Of a stretch of 64,000 nt of DNA, positions 24,550 through 36,302 are shown one piece after another. The notes under the pieces are model-generated. The model was not told the DNA's origin. It ran no database searches and worked only from the letters and a program-made list of their open reading frames with translations. The position numbers and the translations under genes are program-made. Numbering within the stretch: the stretch's first letter is position 1; each line of letters begins with the position of its first letter. Source of the DNA: Novakomyces olei (taxonomy: Eukaryota); the NCBI GenBank assembly GCA_016906335.1, contig JADEYG010000009.1, positions 1,240,001 to 1,304,000 of the forward strand, written 5' to 3'.

Positions 24550-26523
24550 ATGGCGCACCGCAGGACCAACAGCAATAGTAGCAGCCATAAAGGCAATAGT
24601 GACGAAATCAAAAGCGGAGCCAGTACGTTGAGTTCGATTATTCGACGGCCCCTACCGGCAGTTGATTCTCAAGAAAAGGAAACAAAAATGACCGAGGCGC
24701 TCTCAAAGAGACCGAAATCGCCGCCAGACCTGCTGAAACTGACGGGCTCGAGACCAAAATCGTCAAATTTAGTCGAGGCATCTGATTCGAGATCCGACCT
24801 GTCAAAGACAAGGACCGGCTCAAAAGCCAGGGCAGTTTCACCAGAGCGCTTGACTTCAAAAGTTGGGACCAAAGATTGGCCTGTAGTTGATGCAAACAGC
24901 AAACCCCAAGAAGGCACTGAGCGAGATAATCCATCAACACTTAGATCAGATTCAACTGCACAAAAATCGGATAGCACTCGACAGAAGAAAGTCCAGGGCA
25001 ATCAGACGCGACCGGATTACGTAACGCCAGAGTACATTGAACAGCAAAGGCTTAACAAACGGGAAAGACTTGAAGCAGAGGCAATAAAAAGAGCTCAGCT
25101 GGGTATCACGTCGCCAGCGAGTACGCCCACAGTGGAGCCTAAAGGAACAAGAGTGATTCTTCGGAAAGAACTCGCTATTCCGCCTGAAAAGAATGGCCAG
25201 AGCATAAGGAAGAATAGTACGGGCAAACTGCCTCACTTGAAACGTCGATCGAGCCTCAAAATAATGACGTACAATGTTTTGGCTCAGTGTAATATAAGGC
25301 GTAAGCAGTATCCTGACAGTGGAAACGCTATCAAATGGGGCTCACGTTCGCGTCAGTTGGAAAAAGAATTAAAACATTATGCTCCGTCTATTCTTTGCTG
25401 TCAGGAAGTAGACGAGTCTAAAGTGTCGGATTTTTATGTGCCTCTTCTAGCGCAGTTGGGCCTGGCTTCACGGTTTGCTCATCACCATACAAAACAGCAT
25501 GGAATCTTTATTGCTTGGAAAAAGGATATGTTTTTCATGAAAGAGTTTCGTCATATTGATTACGCCAAGCTTTCAGCAGGAAAACAGAATCAACCAGGGG
25601 AGAAAGGGGAGACCGTTGACCGTAAATTTTCTTCGCCGGTTGAGACTCAAAACATTGCTTTATTAGTAGCTCTTGCGCGAAAAGACGATCCAGGTCGTGG
25701 CCTTGTTGTAGCCACTACTCACATGTATTGGCATCCCTTTGGGTCGTGCGAGAGAGTCAGGCAGGGAGCAATTCTTGCTGCCGAGACCGAAAATTTGGCT
25801 CAAAAGTATGAATGGCCTTTTGTGATTGCTGGTGATTTTAATTCAGAGCTTATCGATCCCAGCTATGCCTGTCTTACTAGAAGACCAGTAAGACTTGATG
25901 CGCAAGAGGGAAAAATCATGAGGGAATCAGTGCGCAGGTTCATTTCTGGCCAAATGAATAGTGACGAAGAGTTTGATGGTGAAAAGGAAAGAGGCGAGGC
26001 AGCTGTACACAGTAGAGACGATAAGGATAGTATTGAAAATTACGTTGAGGCTAGTCAGAATATGGGAAAAGATCAAATGGCTAAACAGGAAAAAAACCCA
26101 GATCAAAGAAATCAAGAACCAAATACCCTTGCCACTTCAGCAATCGATACTGAGTCTGCCGAATTCAAGAACGATCCCAATGCTGCTCGCATTACCGAGA
26201 AATTATTGTCTATTCACGAGCAAAACAAGCCCCTAGTCAGCCTCTATGGCTACAGCTATGGATCTGTGGACCCGGAAAATACCGCTAAGCAAGGACATCC
26301 TCCATTTACAAACTGGGCGGCCGCCTATCGAGGCCATTTGGATTACATTTTTGTCGAGGGTGTACGTCAACATGCCACACAGAAATTTGTTCCCAAAGAC
26401 TTTCTGCCAAAAACTTTACTACAGTTGCCTCGGCCGTCAGAAATGGAGGGCGGTGAGCCCCAATTTGATCGCTTCCCAAGTGATCATTTGGCGATAATGG
26501 CAAAAGTAGAATTGTTAGATTAG
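24550..26523 (+). CDS. Ngl/Ccr4-like EEP exonuclease; start at 24550 or 24688
   Basis: MTYNVLAQ, CCQEVD, TTHMYWHP, AGDFNS, LDYIF and PSDH motifs. Confidence 0.92.
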   Translation: MAHRRTNSNSSSHKGNSDEIKSGASTLSSIIRRPLPAVDSQEKETKMTEALSKRPKSPPDLLKLTGSRPKSSNLVEASDSRSDLSKTRTGSKARAVSPERLTSKVGTKDWPVVDANSKPQEGTERDNPSTLRSDSTAQKSDSTRQKKVQGNQTRPDYVTPEYIEQQRLNKRERLEAEAIKRAQLGITSPASTPTVEPKGTRVILRKELAIPPEKNGQSIRKNSTGKLPHLKRRSSLKIMTYNVLAQCNIRRKQYPDSGNAIKWGSRSRQLEKELKHYAPSILCCQEVDESKVSDFYVPLLAQLGLASRFAHHHTKQHGIFIAWKKDMFFMKEFRHIDYAKLSAGKQNQPGEKGETVDRKFSSPVETQNIALLVALARKDDPGRGLVVATTHMYWHPFGSCERVRQGAILAAETENLAQKYEWPFVIAGDFNSELIDPSYACLTRRPVRLDAQEGKIMRESVRRFISGQMNSDEEFDGEKERGEAAVHSRDDKDSIENYVEASQNMGKDQMAKQEKNPDQRNQEPNTLATSAIDTESAEFKNDPNAARITEKLLSIHEQNKPLVSLYGYSYGSVDPENTAKQGHPPFTNWAAAYRGHLDYIFVEGVRQHATQKFVPKDFLPKTLLQLPRPSEMEGGEPQFDRFPSDHLAIMAKVELLD

Positions 26524-26738
26524 AAATTGCAATTGAGAAATTAGTTAAGAAGGAAATTATTTCATTAGTGATTGGATTCGCATAGAGAATCTTGCCGTGT
26601 ATTTGATTAATTTAACTATGAGACTTGGATAAATTTGAATTGTGTATGAAAATCCGCGATTGAACTGGTTTGCCTTAAATTTTGTTTCGGCATTGCAATA
26701 TCATTTCAACGACAAATATGTAGCGGTAATAATGTGAA

Positions 26739-28217
26739 TTAAACGCATCTGCGCTCGTAAGCAATCCAATTTAAGTGTCTTACCAATCCGCTTGAAACAG
26801 CGCTTTCGCTCTTTTGCGTTATTTCAGAGTGGTCCAACATATCAGCCGCAGCCACATCAGCCGCAGCCACATCAGCCGCAGCCACATCAGCCGCAGCCAC
26901 ATCAGCCGCAGCCACATCACCGGCTCTCCCATTAACGGCGGCACTCATATCAAAGATAATCAGATTACCGTCACTCTCATTAACGGCGGCACTCACATCT
27001 GAGATACGCGGATCATCGGCACTCACATAATGTGCATTCGCATATTCGGACGCATTTTTCCCGCCTAAATTCGTTATTTGAGGATAATCTAAAAGGACCT
27101 TATTCGTCACTACCGAGAGACACAATATTTGTAGTTGGTGGTAATGGGCTACGATTACTTCAGGTACTGCCGTTGTTAATAAATAAATAACTAATTAATT
27201 TATTAAATAGAAATAGAGTTAAAAGATCATACCTGTCGACATGCCGACTATATCTGCTCCTAGAGTCCTTAGCATACGCCCTTCAGCGGCAGTCTCAAAA
27301 GTAGATCCAGAAACAAATGCATAGACTGCTTCATGGAAACGCATTTCAAGAAAAGCAGCTAACGAAGCTGCAGTCATTATCATATTTGGGGCATAGGCCG
27401 CGCTCATATCCAAAAACCGACTCTCTTTGCTATGGCCAATTGGCCCACATAGCGGATTATTTCCAATCAAACTCGGAAGACTTATATGCTCGTTCACAAT
27501 AGCGATGTCGCCTACGTCATAATCTTGATTCAGAGCTCCAGAAGCATTTGTCACTTTATTCCTGTAAGTCTAAAACTTGAATAAAAGTTTGTTCCGTTAG
27601 ACAAATACCAATCAAATATTTCACGCCTAGGGCCTTTAACACGTGAATGGGAAATGCTAGATCTTTCATATCGTTTCCCTCGTAAAAGTGAGGCCTCCCA
27701 AGCATAATCACCACAGACATTGGTAATTTTGTGCCCATAATTATAATATCTCCAGCTTTGGGATAGTTAGTAGACTGATCGATTTTGAATAACAACAATG
27801 GGACTGATAATATCAAGAAAAGGCAAATTACCTCTTTTCCGAAGTAGACCGAATCTCATCGAGGGGATATGTCCAGTCACTGTATTGTAGTAATTAGTGA
27901 GCTGATCGATGTTGAATGGCATGAATATACTGAAAAGACAAGGGAATCTTTGACCAAAAGACGAGTAAAGTCACACTGTAAAAATTGACAAAAGCAAGCA
28001 TGTTAAAAGTACCAGTGCACTTGGGGAACGAAGTTATTTTCTCGTACGGCACATAAACCGTCGGTTTGTCTTCAAGCATATTCTGAAGACTAGAGAGTCC
28101 AGAACCGCATATTAGTGCTGCTCGCGGTTTGCTCAATTCGTCATTCCCCGGCGCCTGTTCTTTGAGGATACGATAAATGTCGTTTACTGCTACTTGCACT
28201 TTTTCAATTGGCTCCAT
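26739..28217 (-). CDS. PNP1: Purine nucleoside phosphorylase (trimeric PNP), divergent, 5 exons
   Basis: ICGSGL, GRPHFYEG, TNASGALN, FETAAE, GADIVGMSTVPEV and VTNK; four GT-AG introns keep the frame. Confidence 0.88.
26841..26919 (-). repeat. 15-nt coding tandem repeat, (DVAAA)x5, in PNP
   Basis: CACATCAGCCGCAGC repeated on the + strand. Confidence 0.95.
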
Positions 28218-28564
28218 TGCAAACTTCTCTTGCGCTGCAGTTTGCGGCTGAGTGTGCTGGTTGTAACATGGCTCAGCAGTCGTCAGATTTGAAGCGCTGG
28301 CTGGGCTCACATTTTGATTGGCTTCCTGATTTTCACAAACTAATACCTCCGCTTACTTGCTAAATACTGCATTGCGAGTCAAACCTTACGCCAACAAGAC
28401 TCGACTCGATATATTGGCGGTGTTTTGTGGAGACAGAGGATAGTCGAGCAGTGCCATTTAACCGTGTCGGATGTAACAACTATTTAGTAGTTTATATATG
28501 AGACTATAGTAGAGAAATTGCTTATATATGAGAGAGACTATGAAAGGGCTTAATCCCAACATGG

Positions 28565-28814
28565 TGTTATGATAACCCAACATTTGGCTATCGCCAGTTT
28601 ATCGCCTTGTAGCCATTTAAACCACTAACCCAAAGGGATTCTTATAGAAAATGACCTTCAAAGGGACTGGAGGATGCATTTGCTCGACCACCCGTGGTCT
28701 ATAAATAGGGACCCATTCGTTCATAGTTCTACGTAGTTTAATATTAATCTTAGTGCTTGAAATCAAACAGCCTCAGGACGCCGTTATCCTATAGCTCCGA
28801 CTATTATTATAACA
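28565..28814 (+). mobile_element. Putative solo LTR (250 bp)
   Basis: TGTTATGATAA...TTATTATAACA terminal inverted repeat (10/11 match) and an internal CTATAAATAG TATA box; no target-site duplication. Confidence 0.55.
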
Positions 28815-28877
28815 GCGCGCTGCTATCTTGGGATAGTTAGGTTACTTAAATTATATATATTGGTTTGAGTCCTAACA

Positions 28878-29041
28878 GACTATAGTATGGAAATATATGA
28901 GACTGTACAAAATATAGCAGACAAGTAGAGTACACACGTTGGTATAGAAATTGTTTATATATGAGACAATAGTATAGAAATATGAGACTGTACAAATTGT
29001 CGTAGACAATTGTCGTAGACAAGTAGAATGGGTACACATGT
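28878..29041 (+). repeat. Degenerate tandem duplication (~85-nt period), related to 28492-28541
   Basis: Shared TATGAGACTGTACAAA...AGACAAGTAGA...GTACACA blocks. Confidence 0.75.
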
Positions 29042-29702
29042 ATAGTCAGTCAGGTTAGTCGGCCGATGCGACGGCATTCATGGGTTGGCGGTAAGCTGAA
29101 CCTGTGGCCAAAATAGCAGACTGCACGATTCACAAGTAACTTTACGAGTATACTAGACTAATACTGCACGCGTAAAATGAACGGCAAAATGACGTAATCT
29201 GCGCTGGCAGGGAACACGATTTCGTTGAAAGGTAATAATTAATAAACAGATAAATCTAATAATATTTGTAAAGCATCAGACGCTAAGGCGAATTACATTG
29301 CTCGGTAATACAAGGCAGCGACAGAGATCTGAACGGCATAAACAAAACAAACAAACCCCCACGAGAAACTGACCGTAAAAAGAACAGAAAACGCAAAATT
29401 TTGTACAATAAGAGCAGGCGTAATATATATGGTGGTCCCGAAAACATGTATAGGTCCTGCAAGATATACATATATAGAATAAGTAATAAATGTGGAAAAT
29501 AAACAAATTGATTCAATTGACTCGAGAAAAAAAAATCAAGTTTAATGAAATTGGTACGAAAAGCGTAAAATATTGAGAAAACAAGGCAATATTTCCATAT
29601 CAAACAAACGAGCGCGCCATGATACTAGCTTGGTATGAATGAAAGCATTTAAAAACATAAAGAAAGAAAGCCCCTTGGTAGTCAATATTGAAAAACCGTA
29701 CG

Positions 29703-32700
29703 TTACTGTCGAAACGAAGATGGCGAGGGCCGCGGTAGTTGCATCCCCATAGTATTATTGTACTGAGTATGAGGGGAAGTCCTCTGTGGCCCCGCTGTCC
29801 GAAATTGCGAGGCTAAATGCTCTTGCAGTGTGGGCAGAGTCAATGAGTCCACTTTTGATCTCGGAGTCGACTGGGACGGAGGCTGTTGACCATTGTTTAA
29901 TCCAGAATTCTTAAAGCCTTCATGATCCTGTTGAAGGCCAGAGTTGCTGGGACCGAGTCCACTTTGCCCGCTGGTATTGCCATTGTTGTTGCCATTAGTC
30001 GCACTTACTCTTTGCATGGACTCCAGTGAAAGCTGTTGGGGATTATGCTGATGTATTCCCAGTTCAGATTCCCTATAACGTGATGAAGGCGAAGACCTCT
30101 GTTCCATTTGCGATTCGTCAATAACAACGGACTGTTTGAATGGGTTTGATTTTGCTTGCTGAGCTTGAGTTTCGTACTCTGATTGCTGCTGACTCTGGAG
30201 CTTTTTACTCTCCCCTGGGCTTTGCTGGTCCATAGAAGCAAAGGGATAAAAAGCCTGCTGCTGGGGTGGAGCAGAAGGAGGAGGTACAGACGTAGACATT
30301 CCCACACTATACTTGCCCACAATCTTCTTCAGAGCCAGGCCGAGCAGAGACCAAGAAAAGACTTTAACGTCCTTTTCTATATTCCTCGGCTTTGGAGCAG
30401 GAAAGCTCATAATCAAACGGAAAAAGTCCAAGTTTTCCTGACTGACTTTGCTGATTGTCAAGGGGCGAAAGCCCTCAAGGTTTCTTCTTATCCGATTCTT
30501 TTCCTCGATGGAAAAGCGCATGCCAATAAGCGATTCGAGCAGATAAATACAGTCAACACTAGTAACAAAACAGGCATGTCTTGCATCCCAGAAAATACAT
30601 GAAATAACAATAGAATTAGGCACTCTTTTCTCCGGGGCTACTGGCCTAAAAGTACAGTTTATCGTATTATCGTCCTGCTGACGCCAAAACTGTACGAGCC
30701 GCCTTCGCGACGCCCATTCATCGGCTGTCCAATTATGGCACATTTCATCAAGCTCACCGATTATTTTTAGTTGAGCTCGCATGCCTCTTGCAACTGCACC
30801 TTTTTGTACAGAGCCGAGGGTCGAAGTTCGAACCAGTGGAGGATTCGAGGCTCCTGGAGGCGGTAAAGGCGCAAGACGTTCATTCAATTCCTCAGAAAAA
30901 GCAGCATTGTTGTTGTTGTTGCTGTTATTGTTATTATTGGTATTATTGTTGTTGTTGTTAGTAATAACATTATTATTAATATTCATAGGTGGGTACCCGT
31001 GTACCATTTCGCCCAGTCGGATAGACTTTTCTAGTTCATGACGCGCCTGTGGACTCGATCGCACAGGGTAGGGCTCATAGTGACCTGGTTTACTTGGCTG
31101 CTTTGTTACTGTCGGGGAGCTTTTATAGCCCTGCGCGGTGTCCAGCTGAGGCTGGTGAGGAACTGACCTGGGCGAAAGCATGCCTGTCCCTGCGGTAGTA
31201 GGGGCTTGTCCAGATGATGCGATGGCAAGACCTTGCTGTGTTTCGTCGTGGTTTGCTCGGGTATCAAAGGGGGCACCATTACTGGCAGCAGGAGTAATAC
31301 TAGTACTGTTCGCTTCAGCAGCGTTAGTACTGTTACCAGCAGTCGAAGGTGCAGCGCTGCTAATACTACTAAACCCACCATACATGACATTGGGCTTAGC
31401 ACTGGCTGTTGTATAAAACGACCCAGAAGTGGGCGTATAAGAAACCGACCCGGGTCTCTGGTAATAGTACATCGACCCCGGGTACTCAAACAGGCTGCCA
31501 CTGCTTCCTGGCTTTATTTCCGTCGACGGCCGCTGAGTGGACGGCGGAGCAGTGCTGGACTGGGCAGACTGGGACTGCAGATAGTTCATGAAGGGCTGAG
31601 CTTGCATGACTGACGGAGGCGGCAGTGTAGCTACTGCTGGAGACTGCTGTCCCGCAGAGGGGAATTCGCTGCCAAACGATCTGGGCGATAGGAGGGACGT
31701 TGTGCTTGCTCGTTTTGTGAATAGATCGTTGGACAATAGTATACTGCTGCCACTCCGTTCCGTCCCAGGCCCACCAGGAGTATTGGACGTAGCCGAGGCA
31801 GGAGTCAGTGCTTTAATGGCATTATCATTGCCAGTGGTATTCGCACTCTGTGAGGAAGTGTCCCAGTACGTGAAATCGCAAATGGGTACAACCCCGACCT
31901 CAATACCCGTGGCTATATCCTCGGCAATAAGCCAGACGGCAATTGTTCCCCGTGTGCTACCGGGTGTAAGAGCAGACAAAGGCTGAGCTTCAGAGAGAGG
32001 CGGGATCGTCATAACAAGCGTGCTTGTAGGTCTTCCACTGTGCTGCGGAGGCTTTACTATAGTTGGGATGCATTTAAGGTCGCCAAATATCACTCGGTAT
32101 GCTCTAGGATCGTTTGATATATCGGAGATGTGGAGCGTAAAGGCGTATCCGGCCTGCCCGCTTATTGGACTCCATCCAAGGATATCGGGGAAGGGGACAC
32201 TCAGTGCGAGACTCGAAGGGCCATTGTCCGCGTGTATTGTGGAATGTGCTGTACCATCGCCTGTTGAATAGTTAGTATACCTTTGTGAATATTCATTTAA
32301 ATAAAGACTTGGAATAGCAATTGAATTTGAAAAAGATAATAAAAAAGCCAAATAACAAGGGGGGAAAGAAAGAAACTGTCGTAATTAAAAGCCATGTTTG
32401 CTCACTGATAAAAACGTTTGTAATCAGAAACGCACCTGAAGGTTGTAATAAAGCGCCTGGAACCGTATTATGAGCAGGGAAAAGCCCAGGGTTCGATATC
32501 AGAGGTAGATTATTAGTGCTCCCCCCTAAAGCGAATGAAGAACTTTCCGAAGACCGTGATGGAAAATAGCTGCCATGGTGAAATGCAGCCTCCAGTCCAG
32601 GTTGAACAGTGCTCACTGGATTTGCAGCGGATGCTGGTCGATATAGTGGAGGAATCACGGACTTTGGAGACGTTGGATTATCTTGATATTGAACGGGAGG

Positions 32701-32808
32701 GAAAGATGTAGCCCGTGACATATTGTATAAATGACCGCCTTGCTGACCAATTCCCTGATTGTGTAAGTGAGGAGCAATTCGGCTGCTTCCTGCGAGTGTA
32801 TCACTCAT
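29703..32808 (-). CDS. medA: Medusa (MedA/Acon-3) developmental transcriptional regulator; intron ~32261-32435
   Basis: Conserved domain RRLVQFWR...ISCIFW...FVTSVDCIYLLE...EEKNRIRRNLEGFRPLT...PKPRNIEKDVKVF...ALKKIVGKYS. Confidence 0.92.
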
Positions 32809-35800
32809 TTCGATTTAGAATTTATTGAACTCTTTGTCAATAAGATGCAAAATTGTTGTAGACGATAGATCAGAAGGCCTGAACTATGACCAAAGCAGTT
32901 TCAAAATCCTGTTGAAGGCTGACAGTACTCAAACAGGGGCCAACTGCCTATTTAATTGAAATCTGCTCTGATCTGATCAAGACTGTTTTGTCTTTTCCCG
33001 CTCTGCGTTTTGGTCTCCCTTGTTTCCTGCTAGTTTTATTGCTTTCTTTATGTCTCTTGTGCAAGCAAAATATACCACTCGGCAGTAAAGACTATCGAAA
33101 TATCTCAACCTTTGTACATACAGAAGCTGCAGATGAGAGATAAGAAAGAACCATGGGCGCAGAAACTGCGTTAGCTTGCTCACAAACGAATAAAAATAGT
33201 AATGGAGAAAGCAATATGCTATAGATAGCTTCACTGTGGGTAACTCTCCAATGCAAGCCGGCAACAGAGTCCCAAGCGATAGGGTGTTTTCTGAAGGCAC
33301 AGGTCTTTGTTTCCAGCACAAGCGTCTAAAACGTTCTGGTGACTGCTAGTGTTAGAGCCCTAAGACGATGATGCAAATGAGATTAGACTCAAACTTCTGC
33401 AAGAGCCGCTTCCGATAATCAACGGGCCTTTTGAGTCGTCAAGTTTGACACACAGATCAGTTGATTAATATAACCTTTTTGAAAAAGATTATAGATATGG
33501 AATTAGGTCAGAGATGTATAGTGAAAACAATCTGCTGTATAGTCTTGATGATTGGATGACTATCAAGCAAATACGTTATTGTATTGTCAAAAGTCTCAAT
33601 ACAAAGGCTGCTTTTGTGAACGTTCACCTCGATTTCTATTCCCGAGACCAATTTTAAGGTCAATCAAAGAGTATTTCCCGAAAACGAAATTAGTCTTGAC
33701 TGACACACAAGTTTTATTTATCGAGAGAGCGGCGAGGCGGAGCTGTGAACAAGAGTTTGTCTCCAAAAGGTGAATAAACCCCCGAAACAAAACTGACAAA
33801 GAGACTATTATTGTAAAGCGAGATGTGCGCTGGTTTCGCTAAGTAGTTGGATATCTTTGAATCAGTAGGCGAAGCTAGACAGACAGATATTCTTGCGTGA
33901 GACGGTGAGCGCAGCGACGACAAACTTGAGTTTCAGGCCCTTATTTAGCTTAAATCGAAGACCGCAAGCTCTTGAGTGAAAAATGAACGCTAAAAGCAGA
34001 CGGCTACTTTAACGTTTTGATCGATGCAGGAACATGCATAAAGCGGGTCACACCGCAAAGATTCAGAGAGAGAAAAAAACAAAAGAGTCGCAAGGCTAAT
34101 GTCGAACAAGGGAATCAGTCTTTTAAGTAAATGCAGAAAGATACCCAACTTGGTCTCAGTGTAACCGAATTCCTATTCAAAAGTTTCTACAAGCACAATA
34201 TGCAAAACTTTGAACTGAGAGATTAGAGAGGCGCGGAAAAATAAGTCTCCGGTGTCAATATTAAGCGTGTTGGCAACGTATTGACTAATTCTGAGCCACT
34301 GTGCCTCCGCAATTTTTGTACAACAATTAAAGAATAAACCACGCGCAATTCTTAAAGCGCAAAAGTTAGACACGCGCTATACTTCAAAGATTTTCTCCCT
34401 AGACCAGTTCCGGTTATGTGTGAAAACGACTTTAAGTCTGAACCATGTGATGCCGAAGACGCGCGCGCCAGCGCAGAAAGAGGAAATGAAAAACGTACAA
34501 TAAAGATGAGAAATATGATATTAAAGACAAGAAACAAGAATAGAAAGTAACAAGATAAATTCCAAATTGATACAAGAATCAAAACAATGTCCAAATACCG
34601 CCGTGATCCACAACAGGACTGAAAAAAATCCCGAATGTCGCACTTGTATTGAACAGCTGGCACAAATTTGATTTAAGCGCGTACAAATCAGTAGAAATGT
34701 AACAAATATTGTATCCACAAATTAAGAGGCAACTGAGCCGGCGTGGGGAAGCAGGCAGATGTGTAACGGGAAGCTCCGATCTGCAGTACTTGCACTTGAT
34801 TTGCTCCTGAAAGTTTGCGCTAAAAGCTTTTTCTTTCAATGCTCTAGTGTAACTCTGCTAGACTTTCGCGCAAGTATGCACAAACCGCAAACGAACTCAC
34901 GCTTTTACGGAGCACGAAAAGTTAGGAACGCGGCGAGTGCGATATGCCCACACTAAAAGTTGGTTTGACCTAATTTAGCCAATCCTTGGCTTAGATCAAG
35001 AGCGAGACAGTCGTGGAGTTTGGGAAATAATAATGAGTCCGCCCAAAAAAAATAAAAAGGGCCGAAAGGAAATAAAACTGTAGTAAAAAACAAAGCGTCT
35101 GCGCAATTGCAGACAGCTGCCAAACCTTTAGAAGGGACTCTAGCAGGGTAAATTGGCACAAAGCCTGACGCGTATTGGCTGAATGTAATGCCGCTTGAGC
35201 GTGGTGTTCCAAAAGTAGCGCTGTCTTAAAGCCTAAAACGATAAATAAGATTTAGAAGTCCGGGCTCTGATCTTTATAAATTAGGAAATACGACTATATA
35301 ACAGTGAATGATATTTATGAAGGGGGAGGATAGTAGTAGTATGATTAGCAAAAAATGGAAAAGGGTATGAAAATCACAAATTAGTACTATACACGCCCAA
35401 AAAAAATGGTAATAAATCACGGTAGCGGCTACTGCCGCTGCATGACGGCCAAGGTCGGCTGGAGAAAATATACCCAAGCTCATTAGAATTAGGCTATATA
35501 GGACTCCGGAATCTATGGACAATTTGCATCTCTAACCCTCAATGCCTTTCACAACAATCTTACTTCTACTATGTCATATTATTTACGTTCCGGTCTCTAA
35601 ATCTTTGAAAAAGGTTTTATTACGTGTCTACCAAATTTTTTCGGCATATTTGTCTAAATGCCAATTCTTCACATCATACAATAAAAAGCTTATGCAGTAT
35701 GATTTTGATTTCAAACATCAAAGCACCGACAGGTTGGCACGAGCCAGTTCCTGCTTCACCAGGCGTTTGTCTAAACTGTAATTATTTGCATGCCACACAA

Positions 35801-36302
35801 TCTCTACGTGTATGCACAATACGTATGCTACTGGCCTAATGCGGCGTCCGTTACTATGTGCACACCTATACTCAGACATCCGTTTTGGGATTGTGCCAGC
35901 CATCGTATTTCATCCCAAAACGGAAAGTGTGCATTATACTTGCCGAAGCTGACTTAAATTTAGTTTCAGATGTCTCGTTTACGTTGCCCTGTTGAGCTTG
36001 TTTGCTTTGTTGCACAAAGCAAGTGGAACTCAGAACAAACTCCGTGCCTTGATACTCTTTATCGTTTGCTCATTTGACTCTTGCAGCCATACGTATGGTG
36101 CTTTTGACAAGGGATCAGAACCGGGTTTTAAGCCGCCAGAAACGTGAGTTTCGAACCACTCGTGCCGCGAGCTAACAGTTCACATATCAGAATTGGCCAA
36201 TCCCGGGGCTCAATTAATTAATCTGTTATTTCTCTGGCAAGAGCGGATAATTCGTGACACATTGGCAATAGGCCACCACTGAAAGCCTAAATTATGCCCA
36301 CC

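Noticed and set aside
36140-36165. tRNA-like T-loop GGTTCGA
   Set aside because: No pairing T-stem, D-arm or acceptor stem; kept only as a B-box candidate.
36195-36215. CCCGGGGCTCAAT resembling RNase MRP CR-V
   Set aside because: No GAAAGTCCCC CR-I partner upstream.
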